Below, in pieces: positions 13,984 through 22,257 of a DNA stretch of 32,000 bases. Within the stretch, counting starts at the first letter, position 1, and each line of letters starts with the position of its first letter. The translations under genes were made by a program, and so were the position numbers. The stretch is from an uncultured Planctomycetia bacterium (GTDB taxonomy: Bacteria; Omnitrophota; Gorgyraeia; Duberdicusellales; 4484-171). The stretch is taken from contig CAZHYN010000004.1 in the NCBI GenBank assembly GCA_964536865.1, positions 30,001-62,000 on the forward strand, written 5' to 3'. Below the pieces are notes generated by a model, which worked only from the letters and a program-made list of their open reading frames with translations, had not been told where the DNA came from and searched no databases.

Positions 13984-14090
13984 GGGGCCGTAGTTCAGCA
14001 GGGAGAACGCTACGCTGGCAGCGTAGAGGTCACGGGTTTCCGCCAGAGGCGGACCCGCCTTTAGGCGGGCAAATCCCGTCGGCTCCACCA
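13984..14090 (+). tRNA. tRNA-Ala (GGC) copy interrupted in the T-loop by a 31-nt insert (intron-bearing gene or recent pseudogene)
   Basis: It matches 13659-13734 at all positions except a compensatory T-stem pair (ACGGG/CCCGT) and the insert at 14039-14069 between T55 and C56. CCA is encoded. Confidence 0.7.
14039..14069 (+). repeat. 31-nt twin GC-hairpin element, T-loop copy
   Basis: TCCGCC-AGA-GGCGGA followed by CCCGCC-TTTA-GGCGGG. Same length and architecture as 13507-13537 and 13832-13862. Confidence 0.85.
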
Positions 14091-14107
14091 GCCAATTCCT
14101 TAAAGAG

Positions 14108-14965
14108 TTGTTAAGGTTAGGTGTTCAAGTTTCAATTGCTGGTGGTATCCATTTCTCCGTAGATAGAGCGTTGAAATTAGGGTGTAATGCTATGCAGATA
14201 TTCTCTCGTAATCCACGGAAGTTTAGAAAGAGTTTTCTAAAAGTGGAAGATATAGAACTTTTTAAAAAAAAGATCAGTGGTTCTTCTATCTTTCCCCTGG
14301 TTATTCATACTCCTTATACCTTAAATTTAGCTACCCCTCAAAAATTCCTTCATTGGATTACTACTAAGGAGTTTATCGCTGATTTAATAGAGGCAGACAA
14401 GTTAGGCGCTCACTACTTAGTTACTCATCCAGGCTGTTATAAAGGAACTACTAAAGAGGGAGGGTTAAATCAAGTAGTAAAGGGTTTAAGGAGAATATTG
14501 AAAAATACTCAAGAGGTAAAGACAGAGATTCTTTTAGAAAATACTGCAGGGGGTGGCACGTGTCTGGGATCTAAAATTTCTCAGTATAGATTCATATTGG
14601 AAAAGTTGGATTTCACTCCCCGGATAGGTATATGTTTAGATACTGCTCATGCATGGTGTGCAGGTTATAGGATAAATACTCACCAAGGTTTAGAAGAACT
14701 ACTTCAAGAGATAGAAAAAGAGGTAGGTATCCAAAGATTAAAACTTATTCACCTTAATGATACCCTTGAAGAATTGGGTTCAAAGAAAGACCGTCATTAT
14801 CATATTGGGGAAGGTATGATTGGGAGAGATGGTTTTTCTTTGATAGTTAACCATCCTTTTCTTAAGAACTTACCTTTTATTTTAGAGACACCTAAAAAGA
14901 ACGATAGGGATGATATAAAGAATTTAAATACTGTAAGAGCACTTTATAGAGATGAATTACTCTAA
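14108..14965 (+). CDS. nfo: endonuclease IV (AP endonuclease, xylose-isomerase-like TIM barrel)
   Basis: LGVQVSIAGG, HTPYTLNLA, LVTHPG, ILLENTAG, GICLDTAHAW and IHLNDT. TTG start lies 17 nt after the tRNA CCA. Confidence 0.85.
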   Translation: MLRLGVQVSIAGGIHFSVDRALKLGCNAMQIFSRNPRKFRKSFLKVEDIELFKKKISGSSIFPLVIHTPYTLNLATPQKFLHWITTKEFIADLIEADKLGAHYLVTHPGCYKGTTKEGGLNQVVKGLRRILKNTQEVKTEILLENTAGGGTCLGSKISQYRFILEKLDFTPRIGICLDTAHAWCAGYRINTHQGLEELLQEIEKEVGIQRLKLIHLNDTLEELGSKKDRHYHIGEGMIGRDGFSLIVNHPFLKNLPFILETPKKNDRDDIKNLNTVRALYRDELL

Positions 14966-17408
14966 AGAGATTGACAAAAAGTGGCAAGATTACTGGAAAG
15001 AGATTAGGCTTTTTAACGTTGATGTGAAAGATAAGTCAAAGCCCAAGTATTACTGCCTGGTGATGTTTCCTTATCCTTCCAGTGAGCTTCATGTAGGGCA
15101 TGCACGGAACTATATTATTGGCGATGCTGTAGCTCGGTATAAGATAATGCAGGGCTATAAAGTTTTGTCTCCTATGGGATGGGATGCTTTTGGATTGCCC
15201 GCAGAGAATCAGGCTATAAAACATAATATCCATCCTAAGAAGTGGACATTCGATAATATAAATCGGATTAAAGAGCAACTTAACAGTTGGGGCATTGGTT
15301 ACGATTGGGATAAAGAGGTAAATAGTTGCCTCCCTGAGTATTATAGATGGACACAGTGGATTTTTTTAAAACTTTACTCCCAGGGCTTGGCTTATAAGAA
15401 AGAAGCTTCGGTAAACTGGTGCCCCCATTGTTTAACTGTGTTAGCTAATGAGCAGGTAGTTGGAGGAAGGTGTGAGAGATGCTCTTCAGAAGTAGAGCAG
15501 AAAAAATTAAAACAATGGTTCTTTAAAATTACTGATTATGCCGAAAGACTCCTCAAGGATTTAGATTTATTAGAGGATTGGCCAGAGAGAGTTAAGATAA
15601 TGCAAAAGAATTGGATTGGTAGATCTGAGGGGGTAGAGATTTACTTTCCTTTGAAAGATACCCAGCTTAGGATTAACTGTTTTACTACCCGTGTTGATAC
15701 AATCTTTGGAGCTACGTTTTTAGCCTTAAGCTGGGATCATCCTTTTATAGAAGTTCTTCTTCACAATAACCCTAAAAGAGAGGCGATAGTTAACTTTATT
15801 GAGAAGATTAAAAATCAACCATACTCAATAAGACTTTTGGATAATTTTGAAAAAGAAGGCATTTTTACTGGTAAATTTGCTATTAATCCTATGACTAATA
15901 AAGAGATTCCTATCTGGGTTGCTAATTATATCCTTTCTGAATATGGTACAGGAGCAATAATGTGTGTGCCTGCTCACGATAAGAGGGATTTTGATTTTGC
16001 AAAGAAATACGGACTTCCCATTGTGGAGGTAATTAGAGATTTTCAGAAGGAGAGGGAAGTTACTTTGGAGGAAGCTTATGAAGGGGAAGGTGTTTTGGTT
16101 AATTCAGGAGAATTTAGTGGGCTTAGTTCTCAACAAGCTAAAGAGAAAATTGCTGATTTTATGGAGGAAAACGATATAGGTAAAAGAAAAATTAATTATA
16201 AATTGAGAGATTGGCTTATATCTCGACAGCGTTACTGGGGCACCCCCATTCCTATTGTTTACTGTGATAAGTGTGGAGAGGTTCCTGTTCCTGAGGAACA
16301 ACTTCCTGTCCTCCTTCCGGAGAAGGTTAAATTTCTTCCTACCGGGCAGTCACCTCTAACTTATGTGGAAGATTTTATTAAGACTAGTTGTCCTCGTTGT
16401 GGAGGGCCTGCGCTTAGAGAAACTGATACTATGGACACATTCGTGGATTCCAGTTGGTATTATCTCAGATACATCTCTTCCAAAGATGAAAAGTCTCCTT
16501 TTATTAGGGAAGATGTAAATTACTGGTTACCTGTAGACCAATACATTGGAGGAGTAGAACATGCTATTCTACATCTTATGTATGCACGTTTTATCAATAA
16601 GTTCTTTTATGATTTAGGTCTAATAAATTTTAAAGAACCGTTCAGGCGTCTATTTACTCAGGGAATGATTGTAAAAGATGGAGCAAAAATGTCCAAATCT
16701 AAAGGGAATGTGGTTTCCCCCGATTATATTATAGATACCTATGGCGCTGATACTATGAGGCTTTACATCCTTTTTATTGGTCCTCCCCAGAAAGACGCAG
16801 AGTGGCATGATGAGGGGCTTTTAGGCTGTTTTCGATTTATAGGTAGAGTGTTAAGACTTCTGGATTTATTTTCTCAGTATAAAGAAATTGATGTTGATAA
16901 AGATAATCCCCATCAAAAGTTACTCCTTAGAAAAATGCATCACACAATTAAGGAAGTTACCCAAGATTTGGAAGGCAATTTTCAATTTAATACTGCTATA
17001 AGTAAGATTATGGAATTAGTGAATCAGATATACAAGTCTTTAGATACCGCACAAATCAGTAAAGAGTTATTTCGTCAGGCAATAGATACCGTATTTTTGC
17101 TTTTGGCTCCTTTTACTCCCCATATAAGCGAAGAGGCAAATAAAGCTTTAGGCAATTCCGGTTCTATTTTTCATAGAAATTGGCCTATTTATGAGCCTAA
17201 GTATCTAGAACAGGAGGAGACAGAGATTGCTATTCTTATCGATGGAAAATTGAGAGCTCACCTTAAGATAAATACTACCTGGAGTGAAAAAAAAGTAGTA
17301 GAGGAAGCCCTCTCTTTAGAGAAAGTAAAAAATTATCTTAAAGGCACCCTTCCTAAAAAAACCTTCTACGTAAGAAATAAAGTTCTTAATCTCGTTACTA
17401 AGAAATGA
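14952..17408 (+). CDS. leuS: leucyl-tRNA synthetase
   Basis: HIGH motif (HVGHARNY), KMSKS motif (KMSKSKGN), CP1 editing insert and zinc-binding CxxC pairs. 818 aa. Confidence 0.95.
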   Translation: MNYSKEIDKKWQDYWKEIRLFNVDVKDKSKPKYYCLVMFPYPSSELHVGHARNYIIGDAVARYKIMQGYKVLSPMGWDAFGLPAENQAIKHNIHPKKWTFDNINRIKEQLNSWGIGYDWDKEVNSCLPEYYRWTQWIFLKLYSQGLAYKKEASVNWCPHCLTVLANEQVVGGRCERCSSEVEQKKLKQWFFKITDYAERLLKDLDLLEDWPERVKIMQKNWIGRSEGVEIYFPLKDTQLRINCFTTRVDTIFGATFLALSWDHPFIEVLLHNNPKREAIVNFIEKIKNQPYSIRLLDNFEKEGIFTGKFAINPMTNKEIPIWVANYILSEYGTGAIMCVPAHDKRDFDFAKKYGLPIVEVIRDFQKEREVTLEEAYEGEGVLVNSGEFSGLSSQQAKEKIADFMEENDIGKRKINYKLRDWLISRQRYWGTPIPIVYCDKCGEVPVPEEQLPVLLPEKVKFLPTGQSPLTYVEDFIKTSCPRCGGPALRETDTMDTFVDSSWYYLRYISSKDEKSPFIREDVNYWLPVDQYIGGVEHAILHLMYARFINKFFYDLGLINFKEPFRRLFTQGMIVKDGAKMSKSKGNVVSPDYIIDTYGADTMRLYILFIGPPQKDAEWHDEGLLGCFRFIGRVLRLLDLFSQYKEIDVDKDNPHQKLLLRKMHHTIKEVTQDLEGNFQFNTAISKIMELVNQIYKSLDTAQISKELFRQAIDTVFLLLAPFTPHISEEANKALGNSGSIFHRNWPIYEPKYLEQEETEIAILIDGKLRAHLKINTTWSEKKVVEEALSLEKVKNYLKGTLPKKTFYVRNKVLNLVTKK

Positions 17409-17725
17409 TTCCCCTTACTTATAGAGAAAGGAAGATTCTTTTGTTAATAGGGGTTCTCCTCCTTTTAGGAGGGATACTAAGACTCTCTAAGATTAGCTAT
17501 CCTTCTTTTGAAGAAGAAAAGCCTACCTCTTTAAAGAAGGTTAATATAAACACTGCTACCTTAGAAGAATTAACTACCCTTCCCTATATAGGAGAAAAAA
17601 TCGCTCTCAGAATTATTAATCATCGCAAACTCCAAGGGGAGTTTAAAAGCTTAGAGGACCTTCTAAAGATTAAAGGGATAGGTCATAAAAAATTAGAGCT
17701 GATTAAGGATTATGTAATCTTTTAA
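17405..17725 (+). CDS. comEA: ComEA-family helix-hairpin-helix DNA-binding protein
   Basis: N-terminal TM anchor, then VNINTATLEELTTLPYIGEKIALRII..R....FKSLEDLLKIKGIG.KKLE. Confidence 0.8.
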   Translation: MIPLTYRERKILLLIGVLLLLGGILRLSKISYPSFEEEKPTSLKKVNINTATLEELTTLPYIGEKIALRIINHRKLQGEFKSLEDLLKIKGIGHKKLELIKDYVIF

Positions 17726-17737
17726 GACTTTAAGAGT

Positions 17738-19222
17738 TTGCATAATTTCTTCCTCTTTATTTCTTTAATTGTAGGTATCCTTATAGGGCGTGTTGCTAAA
17801 GATTTTTCCCTCTTCATTGTTTTCTTAGCAATCCTTTTCTTCTTTTCTTCTTATTTTTTCCACAGGAAAAATAAACCGATTGCCTGGGGAATTTGTTTTT
17901 TCTTATTTTTTACAGTTTTAGGTACTCTTTGGAGTTTACCTAAATATTTTACTACTCCTGAGGAAGCGTTAGCAAAAAGTAAGAGATTTCATCTCAAGGT
18001 AATATCCTTTCCTAAGAGAGTTTCAATCAAACAAATTTACTTTGCCCAGATATTTAGAGTAGATGACTCTCCCTTTTATCTTAAGACAAGAGTTGTGGAT
18101 TTCTCTCCTCTATCGAAGGAATACTTAAGTAAATATCAAGTGGAAGGAAAACTTTCTCTCCATATCTATAAGGGGAGGAAATTTTATACTCTCTGGATAA
18201 GTAAAGATACTTTCCAACTTAAGTGTAAAGATAAATGGATTGATAATCTTTTAAAAAAGGTAACGTTTTTTTTGACTAACCTCTATAAGTCTAAATTATC
18301 TGCCCAAGCATATTCTTTTCTCTCTGCAACATTTTTAGGAAGGAGAGAATTACTTCCAAGGAAAGTAAAGAAAATTTTTGCTGCTTCAGGAACCTCTCAT
18401 CTTCTAGCTATAAGTGGATTACATATAGGGATGACAGCTTTGGTATTAATCTACCTTTTAAGATTTTTTAAACTAATCTTTCCTAAAAGGATAGTTATTT
18501 CTATTCTTTTTCTCTTTTTCTACACATTTCTGGTGGGGGCAAGAGCCTCCACTCTAAGGGCTGCTATTATGTATACAATTTTTGGTATAAGTTTTCTTTT
18601 GCAGAGAAAGACTCATCCTCTTAACTCTTTAGGTCTATCTGGAATAATTTCTTTATTCATAAATCCTTTATGGGTTTTTGATGTAGGATTTCAGCTCTCC
18701 TTTATCTCAGTATTGGGAATTATTTTAGGATATAGAACTTTTAGAGTAAGTATATCTTCATCAACTTTTCTGGTTACTTACTTTAAAAACATTCTCTTTA
18801 CTTCTCTATTCGTTTTACTATCTATTGGGGGATTGACTTCTTATTACTTTGGAAAGGTTTATATCTCCAGTATATTGACTAACTGGATTCTAATTCCTCT
18901 TTTTGTATTTATTATCTTTGTTAATTTTCTGTTCATAATTTTATCTTTTTTCCCCTTCTTAGGAGAGTGTATGGGCTCTTTAGTTTCTTTCCTCATCTTT
19001 GGTTTCATAAAGATTGCAAGTTTTCTTTCTTGGTTAAGTAGGATTAATTTGGACTTTTATTTTTCTAGGGAAGGGGTCATCGCCTACTATTTAATTTTAA
19101 CCTCCTTAGGAAGTTTGATGTATAGATTTAGAGGAAAGTTTGGAAAGATTAATTCTGTTTTCAAAAGGCCAGCTTTATGTATAATAAATATAATATGGAA
19201 AAAATTCATAAATCTAAAGTAA
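17738..19222 (+). CDS. comEC: ComEC/Rec2-family DNA uptake channel protein lacking the C-terminal metallo-beta-lactamase domain
   Basis: N-terminal DUF4131-like region and the competence-domain signature SGTSHLLAISGLHIG. Polytopic membrane protein of 494 aa. TTG start. Confidence 0.8.
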   Translation: MHNFFLFISLIVGILIGRVAKDFSLFIVFLAILFFFSSYFFHRKNKPIAWGICFFLFFTVLGTLWSLPKYFTTPEEALAKSKRFHLKVISFPKRVSIKQIYFAQIFRVDDSPFYLKTRVVDFSPLSKEYLSKYQVEGKLSLHIYKGRKFYTLWISKDTFQLKCKDKWIDNLLKKVTFFLTNLYKSKLSAQAYSFLSATFLGRRELLPRKVKKIFAASGTSHLLAISGLHIGMTALVLIYLLRFFKLIFPKRIVISILFLFFYTFLVGARASTLRAAIMYTIFGISFLLQRKTHPLNSLGLSGIISLFINPLWVFDVGFQLSFISVLGIILGYRTFRVSISSSTFLVTYFKNILFTSLFVLLSIGGLTSYYFGKVYISSILTNWILIPLFVFIIFVNFLFIILSFFPFLGECMGSLVSFLIFGFIKIASFLSWLSRINLDFYFSREGVIAYYLILTSLGSLMYRFRGKFGKINSVFKRPALCIINIIWKKFINLK

Positions 19223-19860
19223 TTTTTCTAGAGATCTTAAGAGGAGTACTTCTACCTTTCTTTTTCCTTATTCTCTTAGGAAGTTTATACTCTATCTATA
19301 GGTACAGATTTGCTAATTCTTTATCTAGTGCTATCCAGAGTCAAATTGTAAAATACATCCGCACTTTTTTTATCGTTAATATTACTTTTCTTTTTCAAAG
19401 AGCAATAGGAGGGGCTTTCTCTTGGTATGAAAAGAAAGTCGCTCCTCAGACAAAGACTCATTTAGATGAGGAATTAATTCCTCTCCTAAGAAGAACAGCG
19501 AAGATTGGACTATGGGTTATCTCCTTACTTATAATTCTACCTCTATTTGGTGTAAACATTACTGCCTTAGTTACTGCTTTAGGAGTGGGTTCCTTAGCTA
19601 TTGCTTTAGCTGCCCAAGATACAATTGCTAATATAATTGCAGGATTTATGATTATGATAGATAGACCTTTTAGGATAGGGGACAGAATAAAATTACCTAC
19701 GGGAGAGATGGTTACTGTCTTAGATATCGGAATAAGACGCTCTAAATTCTCATTGGATGAGCAAGCGATAGTGATCGTTCCTAATTTAGAATTAAGTAAA
19801 AACAAAATTGTGAATTTTACCTATGCTGAGGAGAGGCAAAAAGAGTCTGCTAAGAAATGA
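19195..19860 (+). CDS. small-conductance mechanosensitive channel (MscS family)
   Basis: ALAAQDTIANIIAGFMIMIDRPFRIGDRIKL is the MscS TM3/beta-domain signature. Start is ATG 19195 (MEKIHKS), or 19177 as in the ORF track. Confidence 0.75.
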   Translation: MEKIHKSKVIFLEILRGVLLPFFFLILLGSLYSIYRYRFANSLSSAIQSQIVKYIRTFFIVNITFLFQRAIGGAFSWYEKKVAPQTKTHLDEELIPLLRRTAKIGLWVISLLIILPLFGVNITALVTALGVGSLAIALAAQDTIANIIAGFMIMIDRPFRIGDRIKLPTGEMVTVLDIGIRRSKFSLDEQAIVIVPNLELSKNKIVNFTYAEERQKESAKK

Positions 19861-19929
19861 AACAACTAATAGGAAAGATTTAGTTTTTAGAAGAATAAAG
19901 AGAGACATTTAGGAGGTTTAGTTTTTCCT

Positions 19930-22257
19930 ATGGAAGAGTATTATCGTTCCTACTGCGATGATGATCTCTGGTTAATTAGAGAAACTGTATGGGCCCCTTC
20001 TCTTCAAAATATCCGTGAATCCCAGTTTACCTTGGGCAATGGTTACTTTGCTAGTCGAGGAGTTTTAGAGGAGATCCCTTACCAGGCTATGTCTGGCACC
20101 TACATTGCAGGAATTTACGATGGAATTGGTTCTCAGGTTAAGGAGTTAGTAAATTTCCCTAATCCCTTCAATTTCCGTTTTACAGTGAAGGGAGAAAAAG
20201 TTGGTTTAGCAACAATGAGGAATGTATTTCATAAGCGTATCTTAAATACTAAGAAGGCAGTCTTGGTAAGGCATACACTTTTTGAGAATGTAAGAAGACA
20301 CAGATTCGATTACCAGTCTATAAGGTTCGTTTCTCTAGATAATAAGAATTTAGGAGTCATGCAGATTATCTTTACTCCCCTAGATAAAAATTGCCTTTTA
20401 GATATCTATACAGGAATTGATACTTCAGTTTTTAATGTAGGTACAGTTACTGAAGGTAAGAAAAGACACTTTAAAGTTAAGGAAGCAGGTCAGTTCAAAG
20501 ACGCAGGTTATTTGGCAGTTGTAACTTTAGAGAAGAAGTATGTAGTGATTTACTGGGCAGGATTTTACTATGAAGTTGATGGGAAAAAGATACCTGCTTC
20601 TGACAATGTTTTTCAACTCGAACTTAAGAAAGACCAGAGTGTGAAATTTACTAAATTATTTTTTATAAAACATTTTCCTTATCGAGAAGATATCCACCTT
20701 TACAAAGAAAGGACATTTGTTAGATTTTCTCAAGCCTTCCGCACGGATTTTAATAAGCTTATCACTCAACATATAAAGAAGTGGGAGAGTGTATGGAGAA
20801 AGGTAGATATACTCATTGAGGGGACAGCTAATCTGCAGCAAAATTTAAGATTCAACCTCTATCATCTTCTCATAGCTGCTCCCCAAGATAGAGGATTTTC
20901 CAGTATTGGTGCTCGAACTTTAAGTGGAGAAGGTTACCGGGGACATGTCTTTTGGGATACTGAGTTATTTGTGATGCCTTTCTATCTTTATACTCTCCCT
21001 CAAGTTGCCAAAAATATTCTTCTCTATCGCTACCGAAGGTTACCTAAAGCTAGGGAGTTAGCCAAGAATGAAGGATATAATGGAGCTAAATTTCCTTGGG
21101 AATCTGCAGATACGGGAGAGGAAGAAACACCTGCCTGGGCAAGAGATTTCGATAGTTCCATTATAAAGATTCAAACCCATCTTTACGAACATCATATAAC
21201 TGCGGATGTAGCTTATGCTTTCTATAGATACTACTTAGCTACTGGTGACGAAGAGTTCTTAAAAAAATATGCCTGCGAAGTTATTTTTGAGACAGCACGT
21301 TTCTGGGCTTCTCGAGTTTTTTACAATAGAACTACTAAGAGATACGAGATAAGAGGGATAATTGGGCCAGATGAGTTTCACATTAATGTGAATAACAATG
21401 CTTATACTAATGGCTTGGTACAGTGGATTCTTTCTTTAGGTCATACTCTCTTTTTCTACCTTAAAAAGAGAGCGCCATCATCTTTCTCTCAACTTAAGGA
21501 GAAATTAGGACTTAGGGAGAAGGAAGTAAAGGAGTGGGTAAAGATCGCTAAGAAGCTTAAGTTAAATATAGATAAGAAGAGTAGAGTTATTGAACAATTT
21601 GATGGATATTTTAAATTGAGAGAGATAGAACTTGAGAAAACCGATGAGAATGGCATTCCTCTTCTTCCTAAGTACCTTAAAGCTAAAGACTTAAGGTATA
21701 CAAAACTCATAAAACAGGCTGACGTTTTGATGCTTCTCTATATCTTAACGAATAAGTTTAGTTCCTCCGTAATAAGAGCCAACTATAATTACTACATAAA
21801 AAGGACTCTTCATAAATCCTCTCTCAGTGCTCCTATTCATGCCATAATGGCAGTAAAGTGTGAAGACATGCACCGGGCTTATAATCTTTTTAATGTTTCT
21901 CTCCGTACTGATATAAGCAATCTTTACGGTAATACTCAGGAAGGTATTCATGCGGCAAGCTTAGGAGGAACGTGGCAAGCGGTAGTTTTTGGTTTTTGTG
22001 GGATAGAATTTATAGATGATATAATTAGTGTTACCCCTAAATTTCCTCGTACCTGGCAAAAGGTGAAATTCTCTCTCACTTATCGAGGCGATAGAGTAGA
22101 ATTTGATTTGACAAATGAGGAGGTGAGAGTAAAAATAGTATCTAAAAAGAAGAAAAAAACGAAAGTGGTAGTATTTGGTAAACCTTATTCTATTTTGACT
22201 AATAAAAAGTATAAGTTTTTCAAAAAAGGTGTTAAGAAGGAGGAGTACTATTACTAA
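19930..22257 (+). CDS. glycoside hydrolase family 65 protein (disaccharide phosphorylase-like), paralog 1
   Basis: N-terminal SQFTLGNGYFASRG, GEGYRGHVFWDTELF, FPWESADTGEE and the catalytic-acid region GPDEFHINVNNNAYTN. Confidence 0.85.
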   Translation: MEEYYRSYCDDDLWLIRETVWAPSLQNIRESQFTLGNGYFASRGVLEEIPYQAMSGTYIAGIYDGIGSQVKELVNFPNPFNFRFTVKGEKVGLATMRNVFHKRILNTKKAVLVRHTLFENVRRHRFDYQSIRFVSLDNKNLGVMQIIFTPLDKNCLLDIYTGIDTSVFNVGTVTEGKKRHFKVKEAGQFKDAGYLAVVTLEKKYVVIYWAGFYYEVDGKKIPASDNVFQLELKKDQSVKFTKLFFIKHFPYREDIHLYKERTFVRFSQAFRTDFNKLITQHIKKWESVWRKVDILIEGTANLQQNLRFNLYHLLIAAPQDRGFSSIGARTLSGEGYRGHVFWDTELFVMPFYLYTLPQVAKNILLYRYRRLPKARELAKNEGYNGAKFPWESADTGEEETPAWARDFDSSIIKIQTHLYEHHITADVAYAFYRYYLATGDEEFLKKYACEVIFETARFWASRVFYNRTTKRYEIRGIIGPDEFHINVNNNAYTNGLVQWILSLGHTLFFYLKKRAPSSFSQLKEKLGLREKEVKEWVKIAKKLKLNIDKKSRVIEQFDGYFKLREIELEKTDENGIPLLPKYLKAKDLRYTKLIKQADVLMLLYILTNKFSSSVIRANYNYYIKRTLHKSSLSAPIHAIMAVKCEDMHRAYNLFNVSLRTDISNLYGNTQEGIHAASLGGTWQAVVFGFCGIEFIDDIISVTPKFPRTWQKVKFSLTYRGDRVEFDLTNEEVRVKIVSKKKKKTKVVVFGKPYSILTNKKYKFFKKGVKKEEYYY

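Noticed and set aside
14039-14069. Group I/II intron or archaeal bulge-helix-bulge intron as the nature of the T-loop insert
   Set aside because: 31 nt is far too short for a self-splicing ribozyme. I also could not draw a 3-nt bulge, 4-bp helix, 3-nt bulge motif across the junctions. The question of RNA-level removal is kept open as a finding, but these known classes are not supported.
12456-14090. CRISPR array as an explanation for the repeats
   Set aside because: The repeats are tRNA-derived and of unequal length (17-52 nt). The spacing is irregular, there is no uniform repeat-spacer periodicity, and no cas genes are in the window.
13926-14114. 62-aa ORF overlapping the interrupted tRNA-Ala
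   Set aside because: It lies entirely on tRNA and repeat sequence, so it is a spurious open frame.
14091-14951. T-box or other leader riboswitch upstream of leuS
   Set aside because: The leuS start overlaps the end of nfo, which leaves no non-coding leader.
19868-19926. Direct repeat AGGA(A/G)..TTTAGTTTTT twice upstream of GH65-1, a possible regulator binding site
   Set aside because: Only a 10-nt exact core in very AT-rich sequence. The second copy overlaps the likely RBS (AGGAGG). Support is insufficient.
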